A DNA stretch of 39,583 nucleotides from Candidatus Bipolaricaulota bacterium (GCA_040752575.1 JBFMGK010000028.1:1-39583); one strand, 5' to 3'. Positions 26,672 through 37,171 are shown, numbered from the stretch's first letter. Program-made: numbers and translations. The notes: generated by a model from the sequence alone, not told the origin.

Positions 26672-28436
26672 GACGCCGTCGGATCCGGGGAGATGGACTC
26701 TCTCCGACCTGATCCCGGCCCGCGAGGGGCCCGAGATGGAGGCGGTCTTCTCCGAACTCGGCGCTGCGGTTCGAACCGTGGAGGCCTGGCGGGGTCGGCT
26801 GTCGCCTGAGATGGCGGGGGAGACGTTCCGCGAACTCGTGCGCGCCGTGGAGCGGACGGCCTACGTCGCCGCGACGCTGCGCGGCTACGCGACCCTTTGG
26901 TTCTCGGAGCAGACGAGCGATTCGGTCGCGCTTTCGTTCCAGCAGCGGGTCGACGCTCGTCTTGCCGAGGCCCAGAACCGCGCGCTGTTTGTCGAGCTGT
27001 GGTGGAAGGGGCTGGACGACGCCAGCTCGGCTCGTCTCCTCCCGTTCGCCGGCGATGCGGCGTACTACTTCGAGAGCTTGCGAAGGTTCACGCCCTACAC
27101 CCTTGCGGAACCTGTGGAGCAGGCCATCAACCTCAAGGATGTCAATGGGATCCGCGGGCTCACGACGATTTACGACATGATGTCGAGCGGATTCACCTAC
27201 CCCTTCGAGGTGGACGGAGAGACCCGGTCGTTGACGCGGACCGAACTGATGGTCTACGCGCGCGACCCCGATCCGAACCTGCGCGCCGCGGCCTATGACG
27301 CGCTGCTGGGCATCTTTGCCGAACACAAGGACGTCCTGGCGCAGATCTACAAGTACACGGCGGCCGATTGGCACGCCGAGAACCTCCAGTTGCGCGGGAT
27401 GTCCTCGCCGATCGCCGTACGAAACTTGTACAACGACGTTCCCGACGACGTTGTGAGCGCGCTCCTCGACGTCTGCCGCGCGAACGTGGCCGTCTATCAG
27501 CGGTTCTTCCGGTTGAAGGCGAAGTGGATCGGCGTGGAACGCCTGCGCCGTTGCGACATCTACGCGCCGATCGCTCCTGTCGTTCGCACGTTCAGCTACG
27601 GCGAGGCGGTCGACCTCGTGCGGGCGTCCTTCTCCCGTCTGGGAGAGGATTGGACCGAACTCGTGGACCGCGTTCTAGAGGCAGGCCACGTGGACGCCGT
27701 CCCGAGGCCGGGTAAGGATACAGGGGCCTTCTGCTACGGGGTCGTTCCCGACAAGACGCCTTGGGTCCTCGTCAACTTCAACGGCCGCCTCGAGAACGTC
27801 GGCACGCTCGTCCACGAGATGGGGCACGCCGTTCACGCCCTCCTTGCGGCAGACCACTCGGTGCTCACGGCGCACTCCTCTTTGCCGCTCGCGGAGACGG
27901 CCTCCAATTTCGCGCAGATGCTTCTGCTGCACGTTCTGCTCGACCGCGACCCCGATCCGGCGTTGCGCCGATATCTCCTCGCCAAGTTTATCGATGACGG
28001 GTACAGCTCGATTCTCCGGCAGGCTTACTTCGTCCTGTTCGAACGCGAAGCCCACCGCCTCGTGAGCGAAGGATCTCCGACGGCTGACGACCTTGCGCGG
28101 ACGTATCTCGAGACCCTCCACGAGCAGTTCGGCGAGAGCGTCGTCCTCGACGAGGCGTTCCGCTGGGAGTGGCTGTCGGTTCCGCACATCTACGACGTCC
28201 CGTTCTACTGCTACGCGTACACGTTTGGAAACCTGCTGGTGTTGGCGCTCTATCGTCAGTTCGAGGAGGACGGTCGGGACTTCGTCCCCCGATATCGCAA
28301 GCTCCTCGCCCGAGGAGGCTCGGGATCGCCGCTCGCGATTCTCGAACAGGCGGGGTTCGATGTGCAGAGCCGCGCCTTCTGGCAAGGCGGCTTCGACACC
28401 ATGGCCGCGATGATCGACGAACTCGAGCGGTCTTGA
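26664..28436 (+). CDS. pepF: M3B oligoendopeptidase F
   Basis: W.LSDL N-terminus, GK..GAFC, HEMGH zinc motif, AETAS, PHIY..PFYCYAY; SD GGAGGTG before GTG 26664. Confidence 0.9.
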   Translation: MHKTPSDPGRWTLSDLIPAREGPEMEAVFSELGAAVRTVEAWRGRLSPEMAGETFRELVRAVERTAYVAATLRGYATLWFSEQTSDSVALSFQQRVDARLAEAQNRALFVELWWKGLDDASSARLLPFAGDAAYYFESLRRFTPYTLAEPVEQAINLKDVNGIRGLTTIYDMMSSGFTYPFEVDGETRSLTRTELMVYARDPDPNLRAAAYDALLGIFAEHKDVLAQIYKYTAADWHAENLQLRGMSSPIAVRNLYNDVPDDVVSALLDVCRANVAVYQRFFRLKAKWIGVERLRRCDIYAPIAPVVRTFSYGEAVDLVRASFSRLGEDWTELVDRVLEAGHVDAVPRPGKDTGAFCYGVVPDKTPWVLVNFNGRLENVGTLVHEMGHAVHALLAADHSVLTAHSSLPLAETASNFAQMLLLHVLLDRDPDPALRRYLLAKFIDDGYSSILRQAYFVLFEREAHRLVSEGSPTADDLARTYLETLHEQFGESVVLDEAFRWEWLSVPHIYDVPFYCYAYTFGNLLVLALYRQFEEDGRDFVPRYRKLLARGGSGSPLAILEQAGFDVQSRAFWQGGFDTMAAMIDELERS

Positions 28437-28443
28437 GGGGCCG

Positions 28444-28908
28444 TCATTCGACGCGTAAGTCCGCGACGGTGGCACGAAGGGTTCCGATGAGATCGCTCGT
28501 CGCGATGCGAACCAAGGTGCCGCGGGCGCCGGCGTTGATGACGAGATGAGCGCGGCGGGCGGCCCGCGCGTCGAGGATGACGGGAAGCTGCGTGCGGGAG
28601 CCGAAGGGGCTGATACCCCCGGTGAGATACCCCGTGACTCGCTCCGCGTCGCGCGGCGAGGCGGGCTCGACGCGCTTCGCACCGACGACGCGACCGAGCT
28701 TGCGTTCGCTGACTGATCCGTCGCTTCCGATGAGCGAGAACACGAGAACCCCGTCGTCTGTGCGGAATACGATGCTCTTCACGACCTCCGCCGGATCGAG
28801 ATGGAGGGCCTCGGCCGCAAGACGCGCTCCCTTGCGGTCGAAGCGATAGGTCAGCACCTCGTGCTCGACCCCACGCTCGCGCAGCTCTTGGATCCCACGC
28901 GTTGTCAT
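28444..28908 (-). CDS. ybaK: YbaK/EbsC aminoacyl-tRNA deacylase
   Basis: VVKSIV, AERVTGYLTGGISPFG, INAGARG. Confidence 0.88.
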   Translation of the reverse strand: MTTRGIQELRERGVEHEVLTYRFDRKGARLAAEALHLDPAEVVKSIVFRTDDGVLVFSLIGSDGSVSERKLGRVVGAKRVEPASPRDAERVTGYLTGGISPFGSRTQLPVILDARAARRAHLVINAGARGTLVRIATSDLIGTLRATVADLRVE

Positions 28909-28914
28909 AGCTCG

Positions 28915-30513
28915 CTAGTAGCCTCGCGCGCAGCCGTCCTTGCGCGATTCGGAGCCACCCAGCAGTCGGCCGCTCTCGTCATCGATCCAGATTCCCTGAT
29001 ATCCGCCGTATCCGCCGCGAGAGATGGACACCTGGTGGCCTTTGGCCCGCAGAGCGCTTGCGAGATCCTCTCCGAGGGGGGGCTCCAGGTGTACGGTGCC
29101 GCCGTCGCACATGACGTCTCCCATCGGCGTTGACGAGCCGTCGTGACGCACGCGGGGCTCGTCGCCCGCGGTCTGGGGATCCATCCCGAACGCCAGGAGG
29201 TTCTGCAGGATCTGGACGTGTCCCTGAGGCTGCATGTCGCCGCCCATCACGCCGAACGCGAAACGCGGCCGACCGGCCTCTGTCACCAGTCCCGGGATCA
29301 GCGTGTGAAAAGGCCGACGCCCGGGCTCCAGCGCGTTTGCGTGAGGACCCGCGAGCCGGAAGAGCGAACCGCGGTTCTGGAGGACGAAACCCAGACCGCG
29401 AGGCGTGATGCCCGAGCCGAAGGAGTGGAACACGCTCTGAACCAGCGTGACGGCCATGCGCCGCGAGTCCACGGCGGCAACAATGACGGTGTCCGAACTC
29501 GACGCGTCGGGTTCGATAGAGCGCGACGCGCGATCCGGATCGATGCACTGGCGTTCCTTCTCGCCGTATCCCGGCGTTAGAACATCGCGCGGCCAGGACG
29601 GGGCGCGTTCCGGGTCACCGATCCACCAGGCTCGCCGCTCGTAGGCCCTCTTCTTGGCTTCGACAAAGAGGTGAACGGTAAGAGGGTCGTGAGGGCCTGA
29701 CGCTCCGAAGTCATACCCGGACAGGATGTTCAGCATGTCGAGCACGACGAGGCCCTGGGTGTTCGCCGGGAGTTCCCAGACCTCAAGACCCCGAAAGCGA
29801 AGGCAAGCAGGCCTTACCCAACTCGACGTGTGCGTTGCGAGGTCGTCCTCCTCGAACGGGACACCGGCCTTCCGTGCCGATGCGAGGAGCGTCTGCCCGA
29901 TGTCGCCGGTGTAGAAGCTGTCGCGTCCCCCGCGCGCCAGTGCGGCGAGAACCTCGGCGAGATCATTATTCGTGGCGACGTCGCCCGGCTGCGGAGCGCG
30001 CCCGTCCACAAGGAACGTCTCTCGGGACCCGGGGTCGATCGCAAGGAGCGCCTCTGACTCGTGCCACTGCGCGCCGATGACCGGCGGAACGGCCGTTCCC
30101 CGCCTTGCGAGTTCGATCGTTGGCGCGAGGAGATCTTCCCAGGGGAGAGATCCGAAGCGCTGATGCAGAGCCCACCAGCCATCGACACAGCCGGGGACGG
30201 TCACACTGAGCGGACCGCGGAGCGGCAAGCGGTGCAGCCCTCTCTGGCGCACAAGATCGGCGGTCAGACGACGCGGAGCCCTTCCGCTGCCGTTCAGTCC
30301 CAGCGGCGTCGCGATCTCGGGTGTTGACAGGATGGCAAACAGATCTCCGCCCAAGCCGCAGCTCATGGGTTCGACGAGCCCGAGCGCTGCATTGGCTGCG
30401 ATGGCGGCGTCGAGCGCCGTACCCCCAGCTCGCAGGATCTCCACGCCGATGTCGGTCGCTGCGGGGTGGCTCGTCGCCACCATGCCTCGCTCGGCGATCG
30501 CTGGACCGCTCAC
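28915..30513 (-). CDS. ggt: Gamma-glutamyltransferase family protein, no signal peptide
   Basis: GG.ALDAAIA, EPMSCGLGGDLF, VTVPG, DT catalytic Thr, QNRG..F, RPFHT..P, GVMGGDMQPQG, SRKDG; SD GGAGGTGG before GTG 30513. Confidence 0.92.
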   Translation of the reverse strand: MSGPAIAERGMVATSHPAATDIGVEILRAGGTALDAAIAANAALGLVEPMSCGLGGDLFAILSTPEIATPLGLNGSGRAPRRLTADLVRQRGLHRLPLRGPLSVTVPGCVDGWWALHQRFGSLPWEDLLAPTIELARRGTAVPPVIGAQWHESEALLAIDPGSRETFLVDGRAPQPGDVATNNDLAEVLAALARGGRDSFYTGDIGQTLLASARKAGVPFEEDDLATHTSSWVRPACLRFRGLEVWELPANTQGLVVLDMLNILSGYDFGASGPHDPLTVHLFVEAKKRAYERRAWWIGDPERAPSWPRDVLTPGYGEKERQCIDPDRASRSIEPDASSSDTVIVAAVDSRRMAVTLVQSVFHSFGSGITPRGLGFVLQNRGSLFRLAGPHANALEPGRRPFHTLIPGLVTEAGRPRFAFGVMGGDMQPQGHVQILQNLLAFGMDPQTAGDEPRVRHDGSSTPMGDVMCDGGTVHLEPPLGEDLASALRAKGHQVSISRGGYGGYQGIWIDDESGRLLGGSESRKDGCARGY

Positions 30514-30597
30514 GCGGAGACCACCTCCAGACACAGGATAGCGCCGACCGCCCCCGGTCGCTGCAGCCGGCGGTATAATCCCGAAGGGCTGACGTCC

Positions 30598-31905
30598 ATG
30601 GACGACGAAAAGGCATCCTTACGGGAGCTTTTGGAGAAGGACCCTGCGGACATCGCGGAGGTCTTGGGCTCCCTTTCCGACGAGCAGGCCGCCGACTTCG
30701 TTCACCGGTTGTTTCTGAGAGGCGAGGCCTCTCGAACGCTGGCCGAGATGAGCCCCGAGGAATCCGCCGATCTCGTGAGGCGTCTTGATCGCCAGGAAGC
30801 CAGTCGGATCCTGGCGGGCATGGATCCCGACGATGCGGTCGACGTCTTGACCGAGCTGCCCGACGACGTACGCCGGGAGCTTCTGTCGCGTCTGTCCCGG
30901 CAGCACGCCGACGTCCTCGCCGACCTTCTGACCTACCCGCCCAACTCCGCGGGGGGATTGATGACGCCTCAGGTGGTGGCCTTATCCTTGTCGATGACCG
31001 CCGAGGAGGCCCTCGACACGCTACGGCGCCGCGAGGCGGGTGCGGAGACCGTCCACTACGCCTACGCGGTCGACGATGCGCATCGCCTCCAGGGTGTTCT
31101 CTCGTTGCGCGACATGGCTCTCGCGCCGCCCAAGCGCCCGCTCTCTGAGCTGGTGATCCGCGATGCCGTGACCGTGACGCCGGACGCGGACGCGGAGACG
31201 GTGGCACGTCTCTTTGACAAGTACGACTTCTTCGCCCTTCCCGTGGTCGACGATCATCGGCGGCTTCTCGGCGTCATCACGGTGGACGATGTTCTGGACG
31301 TGATTCGTGATGAAGCGACGGCCGATATTTACGGCCTGGCCAGTGTGCCCAGCGCCGAGGGCGTCGACACGACATGGTGGGACTCGCTGCGGCTTCGCCT
31401 CCCCTGGCTTGGCGCGAAGCTGGCCGCCGGCCTGGCCGCCGCCGCGGTGGCCGCGGCGTTCGAGGCGACGATCGAGCGTCTTGCCGCGCTGGCGGTCATG
31501 ATGGTGGCGATTGCCGGGCAGGGGACGGCGTCCGGCATGCAGACGGCGACGATCATTACTCGCGGCATGGCGCTGGGCGAGATCGACCGTCGGACGAGCG
31601 TGCGACTGCTCGTCAAGGAGATCCTCCTCGGCGCGGCGCACGGCGCCGTGCTCGGGGTCGTCGCGGGGCTTCTCGCGTGGGCGTGGAAACGGGACGTGCA
31701 CTTTGGGGCTGTGATCGCCGCGGCGATGCTCGCGAGTCTTGTCGTGGGGGCGCTTGCGGGCGTGGCCATCCCGCTGCTTGTGCGAGCCCTCGGTCGCGAT
31801 CCTGCTACCCTGTCGCGCCTTCTGCTCACGGCGCTGACCGAAGCGGCGAGCCTCGGTCTTCTCTTCCTTCTGGCTCACCTCCTGTTACCCGCGCTCCAAG
31901 GATGA
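30598..31905 (+). CDS. mgtE: MgtE-family transporter (MgtE_N, 2 CBS, TM domain)
   Basis: PADIAE, M.PDDAVD, YPPNSAGGLMT, GVITVDDV.D, RLPWL, DPA; TATAAT at 30574-30579 upstream. Confidence 0.88.
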   Translation: MDDEKASLRELLEKDPADIAEVLGSLSDEQAADFVHRLFLRGEASRTLAEMSPEESADLVRRLDRQEASRILAGMDPDDAVDVLTELPDDVRRELLSRLSRQHADVLADLLTYPPNSAGGLMTPQVVALSLSMTAEEALDTLRRREAGAETVHYAYAVDDAHRLQGVLSLRDMALAPPKRPLSELVIRDAVTVTPDADAETVARLFDKYDFFALPVVDDHRRLLGVITVDDVLDVIRDEATADIYGLASVPSAEGVDTTWWDSLRLRLPWLGAKLAAGLAAAAVAAAFEATIERLAALAVMMVAIAGQGTASGMQTATIITRGMALGEIDRRTSVRLLVKEILLGAAHGAVLGVVAGLLAWAWKRDVHFGAVIAAAMLASLVVGALAGVAIPLLVRALGRDPATLSRLLLTALTEAASLGLLFLLAHLLLPALQG

Positions 31906-32423
31906 CGTCCCTCCCTGTCTGGGCTATCCCGCCGCTTCTTGTTGTGCTCGGCCTGACATGGCTTGTCGGCCGTCTCTCGCCCGCGCCCGCGGCCGTGGCG
32001 ACTCTCGCCGCCCTTCTTGCCGTGGCGTATCTTCCGTCGGCATCTCGGCGCCGACGCGATGGGCGGACTCCGCCGGCGAACCTGCTGGGAATGCTTCCGG
32101 GGCACCTTCTATTGCTCCTGGCAATCTCAAGGGCTCCGTCGCCGGATCCCCTCGCGTGGGGGTGGACCTCGTTGCCTCTTCTCTCGGTGCTCTACGACAT
32201 CCTGGGGTCGCGCCGCCCGCGAGCGGCTCCGGCATCGATCTTGATCGGGCTCTACGGTATACTCTGGATTGTGGTTCTGGTGCTCCTTGAGCGCTTGATC
32301 TCTGGCTCAAGGGGCCTTACGGGACTTGAAGAGGCGATGGTCGCTCTAGGTCTGGCGGCCGTTGCCGCAGTGTTCGTCGTGACGGGCATCGCTCGCCACC
32401 GACGCGCTGGCAAGGAGTCGTGA
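31902..32423 (+). CDS. Hypothetical multi-pass membrane protein (173 aa)
   Basis: ATGA overlap with the mgtE stop; about 6 hydrophobic segments; stop 4 nt before yajC. Confidence 0.7.
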   Translation: MTSLPVWAIPPLLVVLGLTWLVGRLSPAPAAVATLAALLAVAYLPSASRRRRDGRTPPANLLGMLPGHLLLLLAISRAPSPDPLAWGWTSLPLLSVLYDILGSRRPRAAPASILIGLYGILWIVVLVLLERLISGSRGLTGLEEAMVALGLAAVAAVFVVTGIARHRRAGKES

Positions 32424-32427
32424 TCGC

Positions 32428-32790
32428 ATGGTACGGGCGTTGGTTCTGTGCAGTCTGATGATGACCGTTCTCGGGGGGATCGTTGCGGCGCAGGAAACGA
32501 CCGGGGCGACGCCCGCCGCCTCGGGGGCCATGGATTTCGTGCCTCTGGTCATCATGCTCGCCGCCTTCGGGCTCATCTTCTACTTCATGCTGATCCGCCC
32601 GCAGAGGAAGCGGCAGCAGCAGATGAACGAGTTGCTGGGCGGCCTCAAGCGAGGCGACAAGGTCGTGACCGCAGGCGGGATTCACGGCGAGATCGACTCG
32701 TTGGGGGACACGTCGGTGGTGCTCCTCCTCGAAGAAGGGGCGAAGCTGCGCATGGCCAAGGCGAGCATCGTCCGGAAGCTCGACAAGTAA
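32428..32790 (+). CDS. yajC: Preprotein translocase subunit YajC
   Basis: FYFMLIRPQRKR...LKRGDKVVTAGGIHG. Confidence 0.95.
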   Translation: MVRALVLCSLMMTVLGGIVAAQETTGATPAASGAMDFVPLVIMLAAFGLIFYFMLIRPQRKRQQQMNELLGGLKRGDKVVTAGGIHGEIDSLGDTSVVLLLEEGAKLRMAKASIVRKLDK

Positions 32791-32802
32791 GAGGGAGAGG
32801 GC

Positions 32803-34182
32803 ATGGTTCACCACAGCATGACGCGGAACGACTGGTTGCGGCTCGCCTCCGTGGCGCTCATTCTCATTGCCGCTGCGGTGCTCGTCGCCTACCCCCCCCG
32901 TCCCCTGAAGGACATTGTGAAGCTGGGGCTGGATCTCCAGGGAGGCGTTCGCCTCGTGCTCGAGGGAGAGGGTGTCGCCGAGATGCCGGCGGACGAGCAG
33001 ACCGAGACGATCGGCCGCATGATCGAGATCCTGAGCAACCGCATTGACCAGTACGGGCTTACGAACGCCGAAATCCGCCGTTTCTCGACCGACAGGATCC
33101 TCGTGAGCATCCCCGGCGCAACCGATCCCGAGGATGCGCGCCGGCTCATCGGCCAGACGGCCGTGCTCGAGTTCCGGCGCGCCGTCCAGGTCGGACAGAC
33201 GCCGCTCGACGATCTCTCCCCGTCTTCCAGCAACGAGGAGCTGCTCTACACTCGGGAGGGAGTTCCCGTGGTGGTCGAGCGTGAGGTCCTCCTGACGGGT
33301 GCGGCACTGGCCAATGCCACGGTCCAAACATCGCAAGACATCCGCGAGATCGGCCAGCTGCAGGTACGGCTCTCGTTCAGCCAGGAGGGAGCGGAGCAAT
33401 TCGCCAGCGTGGTCCGCGAACTTGGTGTGGGCGAGTTCCTGGCGGTAATCCTCGATGGGACGGTGTACAGCGCTCCGATGCTGCAGGAGAGCATTGTCAC
33501 GGCCGCCGGCCAAGGTTGGCGCGAGGTTCAGGACTCGACCGTGATCTCCGGCGGCAAGATGACGCGCGACGACGCAAGGATCCTTGCAGCCGTGCTGCGC
33601 GCCGGGGCTCTCCCCGTGTCGGTGAGGATCGCCGAAGAAGTGACCATCGGGCCTTCCCTTGGGAGCGATTCGATTCGACGCGGTCTCATGGCGCTGGCCA
33701 TCGGCTTTTCCCTGATCCTCGTCTACATGATGCTCTACTACCGAAGGCTCGGGATTGTTGCGAATCTCGCGCTCCTGCTGAACATGGTGTTCATCGGCAC
33801 AGGGCTCATCCTGACGCGCGCCGTCCTCACGCTTCCCGGTATCGCCGGCGTCATCCTGACGATCGGCACGGCGGTCGACTCGAACATCATCATCTTCGAA
33901 CGGGTGAAGGAAGAACGACGCACGGGCAAGCCGCCGCTTGCGTCGGTGCGGGCCGGCTATGAACGGTCGTTGGCCGTGCTCGTGGACGCGAACGTGACGA
34001 CGCTCATTACCGCGGCCATTCTGCTGTTCCTCGGTACGGGACCGGTGCGTGGATTTGCCATCACCCTTGCGATTGGCGTTGTCGGTACGGTGTATTGCGC
34101 GCTCGTCGCGACGCGGCTCATGCTCGAGAAGGGCGGTTTCTACCGCTTCATCCCCGTGCGGCTGCAGAAGGGCGGCGAGTAG
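32803..34182 (+). CDS. secD: Protein translocase subunit SecD
   Basis: KLGLDLQGG, GALP, IGPSLG.DSI, LTLPGIAG.IL.IG.AVDSNIIIFERVKEE, DANVTT, GPVRGFA. Confidence 0.95.
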   Translation: MVHHSMTRNDWLRLASVALILIAAAVLVAYPPRPLKDIVKLGLDLQGGVRLVLEGEGVAEMPADEQTETIGRMIEILSNRIDQYGLTNAEIRRFSTDRILVSIPGATDPEDARRLIGQTAVLEFRRAVQVGQTPLDDLSPSSSNEELLYTREGVPVVVEREVLLTGAALANATVQTSQDIREIGQLQVRLSFSQEGAEQFASVVRELGVGEFLAVILDGTVYSAPMLQESIVTAAGQGWREVQDSTVISGGKMTRDDARILAAVLRAGALPVSVRIAEEVTIGPSLGSDSIRRGLMALAIGFSLILVYMMLYYRRLGIVANLALLLNMVFIGTGLILTRAVLTLPGIAGVILTIGTAVDSNIIIFERVKEERRTGKPPLASVRAGYERSLAVLVDANVTTLITAAILLFLGTGPVRGFAITLAIGVVGTVYCALVATRLMLEKGGFYRFIPVRLQKGGE

Positions 34183-35104
34183 CGGCAAGAAGGAGAGCGA
34201 GCAGCGCGTCCGGTGCGCGACGGCCGCCGGTCTTGATCTCGGCGTCGAGGGTGACGCCGAGGTCGAGAACGGCGGCCAGTTCTTCGGTGGAGAACCTCTT
34301 GGCCTGCGGTACGAGACGACGCACGAGCCAAGGAGGCGCGCCGATCGCCTCGCTCTGGTCTTCCGAAGGGGCTTTCGCCTCGAGCAAGACGCGAAGCATC
34401 GCCAAACGCACTATGTGCCGGAGCGCCCCGCCGAGGAGCCTGCCGGGATCGTCGCGAAGCTCGACGAGAGCGTCCAACGCTCCGGCCAGATCCCTCTCGC
34501 CGAGTCGGTCGTAGAAGGGATAGGCTGTGGGCTCTGCGGCCGAGAACACCAAGGCGTTGACCGCGGCGGCGGTCAGCCGCTCGCCGCCCGTGAACGCGCG
34601 GAGCTTTTCGGCCTCTCGGGATGCGGCCAGAAGGTCCCCCCCGGTGCGCGAAACCACTTCCGCCGCCGATGCTGCGGGGAGGTCGAGTCCTGCGCGGGCG
34701 AAGACCTCACGGACGGCGCCCGCCGCGGTTCGCGCCGGCGGCGCCGGGAGAGAGAAGACCGCGTCTTGCGCCTCGGCGGCCTTTCGAACCGCATGTCCCG
34801 CAGGGAGATCCGCGGCGACGAAGGTCACGTAGGTCCCGCTGGGGACGTCCCGTCCGACCAGCTCGGCCCACGGCTTGGGCTTGCGAACCTTCTCGAGGCC
34901 GCGGACGACGAAGTGCCGACCCAGGAAGAAAAGAGGCGAAGACTGGAGGTCCAGGTCGAGCGACCCCGGGGAGGTCTCGTCGGCGAAGAGGACGATGCGC
35001 TCGCGGGATGGATCGGCCTCGCGGATGGCGCGATCTCTCTCCCAAAGAGCGAGATCGCATCGATACGCGTCGCCGAGAAGGAGCACGATCGGGCGCAGGT
35101 CCAT
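34148..35104 (-). CDS. holA: DNA polymerase III delta subunit
   Basis: LL.G.D, S.PLFF.GR..VV, G.DL....E.EKL, D.EIKTG; typical length. Confidence 0.8.
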   Translation of the reverse strand: MDLRPIVLLLGDAYRCDLALWERDRAIREADPSRERIVLFADETSPGSLDLDLQSSPLFFLGRHFVVRGLEKVRKPKPWAELVGRDVPSGTYVTFVAADLPAGHAVRKAAEAQDAVFSLPAPPARTAAGAVREVFARAGLDLPAASAAEVVSRTGGDLLAASREAEKLRAFTGGERLTAAAVNALVFSAAEPTAYPFYDRLGERDLAGALDALVELRDDPGRLLGGALRHIVRLAMLRVLLEAKAPSEDQSEAIGAPPWLVRRLVPQAKRFSTEELAAVLDLGVTLDAEIKTGGRRAPDALLALLLAATRRPSAAARG

Positions 35105-35180
35105 GCGGCGATGGTAGTGGGGCAGACGTAGGCGGGCAACGGTCCTCGACGTCCGGCCGAGGATCGGCTACTTTCGGTCC

Positions 35181-35624
35181 ATGGCCGAGGTGACAATCCA
35201 CACGGACGGCGCATGCAGCGGAAACCCGGGCCCCGGAGGTTGGGGAGCCGTGCTCGTGTGCGGCACGCACCGCAGGGAGCTCTCGGGCGGCGACCCGTCG
35301 ACCACCAACAACCGGATGGAACTGACGGCGGCGCTTCGAGCGCTCGAGGCGCTCAACCAACCGTCGACCGTCCGCCTGTTCACGGACTCCGTCTACGTTC
35401 GTCAGGGTATGACCGAGTGGATGAGTCTGTGGAAAGCCAACGGCTGGCGGCGCCGGAGCGGAAGACGCTGGCTGCCCGTGAAGAACGAGGACCTCTGGAA
35501 GAAGCTCGACGAACTCGTCGCGCGCCACCATGTTACGTTTCATTGGGTTCTTGGCCACGCCGGCGACGTCGAGAACGAGCGAGCCGACGCGCTGGCCCGC
35601 GCCGCGATTCCGAGATCGAACTAG
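35181..35624 (+). CDS. rnhA: Ribonuclease HI
   Basis: [51 protein letters not shown]. Confidence 0.97.
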   Translation: MAEVTIHTDGACSGNPGPGGWGAVLVCGTHRRELSGGDPSTTNNRMELTAALRALEALNQPSTVRLFTDSVYVRQGMTEWMSLWKANGWRRRSGRRWLPVKNEDLWKKLDELVARHHVTFHWVLGHAGDVENERADALARAAIPRSN

Positions 35625-36979
35625 TCCCGTCGGATGCGCCGCGTCACCGAGCGCCAAGCTGCGCTGAGCGCGGCGAGAAGGGTTCGGCGCCGCGGTGCGT
35701 ACACCGGAGTGGTTTGGTTGATCTCCTGTCCAAGTCCGACCTGCAGGGAGCTCGACTTCGCGATCGAGAGGATCTGCGATGGGTATACGCTCCGGTGTCC
35801 CGTCATGAGAAAGCTGATGATGCAAGCCACCGCGGCGTAGGGAGCGATTGCTGGTCCGAACATCTCGACCGCGAGGATGCTCGCGGCAATGGGGGTGTTT
35901 GCGGCCCCTGAGAGGACGCTGACGAGTCCGAGAGCCGCGAAGACCGGCACAGCGAGGTCAAAAACCTGTGCGAACGCGGCTCCGGCCGTTGCGCCGACGA
36001 AGAAGACAGGGGTGACGATGCCGCCGCTGCCTCCGAAGTTGAGCGTCAAGGTCGTGAAGAGCGGCTTGAGGAGGAAGGCGTACCACGGGATCGTCGCGCC
36101 GGCTAGCGCGTCTTCGACCGTCTCAAGGCCGAGACCGAGATAGCGGGCGGAGAACGCGGCGGACAGCGCGACGAGGAGGACGCCGGCCGCGAGAGCTTGG
36201 AGGGGGGGCCAGATCTTCCAGCGGCGGGCGAGCGCGTGGCCGCCGCGAAGAGCCTCGATGAGCAAGAGAGAGCAGAGGCCGAAGAACACCCCGGCCGCGA
36301 GCACCGTCAGCAGAAGGGGTTCACTGAACGGCGGGAGGTCGTGGACCGCGGTCCGAACGTAGGACGTTCCCAGGGCGGCCGCGACCTGATGCGCCGTAAT
36401 GCCGGCAACAAAGGAAGGAAGAAGAACCCCGTACATCATCCCTCCCACGAACAGGACCTCGACGCCGAAGATCGATCCGGCGATCGGTGTGCCAAACACT
36501 GCGGCGAAACCCGCGCTGATCCCGCACACGACGAGCTTCTTGCGATCCTCCGCGTCGAAGCGCAACAGGTCGGCGAAGGCAGACGCGAGGCCGGCGCCGA
36601 TCTGCGCGCACGGACCCTCCTTGCCCGCCGATCCGCCGGCCGCGAGGGTGATCACGGTGGCGGCAAGTTTGACTGGAACCACCTGGAGTGGGATCCGTCC
36701 CGAGCGTTGGTGCACGGCTTCGATGACTTTCTCGGTCCCATGCCCCTTGGCCTCCGGGGCCAGGTAGTGGACGAGAGCGGCGCTCGCGAACAGCGCAAAG
36801 GGGAGAGCTAGAACGTGGAGCGGCAAGCGGCCGACGGCCCCCGTCGCGAGGTCAAGGAGCCGAAGGAAGAGCGCCGTGGATGACCCGACGAGACCGCCAA
36901 CGACCGAGGCAAGCAAGAACCACTTGACGACGCTCACGAAGAGAACCGTTTGCTCCGTGAGCTTTCTTACTGGAGACAC
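35621..36979 (-). CDS. ClC-family chloride channel/antiporter
   Basis: [43 protein letters not shown]. Confidence 0.9.
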   Translation of the reverse strand: MSPVRKLTEQTVLFVSVVKWFLLASVVGGLVGSSTALFLRLLDLATGAVGRLPLHVLALPFALFASAALVHYLAPEAKGHGTEKVIEAVHQRSGRIPLQVVPVKLAATVITLAAGGSAGKEGPCAQIGAGLASAFADLLRFDAEDRKKLVVCGISAGFAAVFGTPIAGSIFGVEVLFVGGMMYGVLLPSFVAGITAHQVAAALGTSYVRTAVHDLPPFSEPLLLTVLAAGVFFGLCSLLLIEALRGGHALARRWKIWPPLQALAAGVLLVALSAAFSARYLGLGLETVEDALAGATIPWYAFLLKPLFTTLTLNFGGSGGIVTPVFFVGATAGAAFAQVFDLAVPVFAALGLVSVLSGAANTPIAASILAVEMFGPAIAPYAAVACIISFLMTGHRSVYPSQILSIAKSSSLQVGLGQEINQTTPVYAPRRRTLLAALSAAWRSVTRRIRRD

Positions 36980-37118
36980 ACTCCCACTCCTCCCGGATCT
37001 GGGGACTATGCCCCAGGGCAGAGCTCGGTTCCAGAGAACAGCGAGTCCAGTTCGTCAGCTGGATTGAGACACCGCCGACCTGAAGGGCGTCTGTGAGCAC
37101 GCACGTGACCCGATGGAG

Positions 37119-37171
37119 TTGACCTTCCGAGGTCGACGCGGTAGATTTATTTCGTAATGCATTTTACAAAA
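37119..37171 (+). promoter_or_regulatory. Promoter plus AT-rich palindromic operator of the ROK/sugar ABC operon
   Basis: TTGACC (37119-37124) - 17 nt - TAGATT (37142-37147); TTTCGTAA-N6-TTACAAAA at 37150-37171. Confidence 0.7.

Noticed and set aside
37108..37130. Fluoride riboswitch-like GATGGAGTT near the ClC gene
   Set aside because: Wrong strand for clc, no P1 pairing, overlaps the ROK -35 box; the ClC has GKEGP/GIVTP rather than the fluoride-type GREGT/GEVTP motifs
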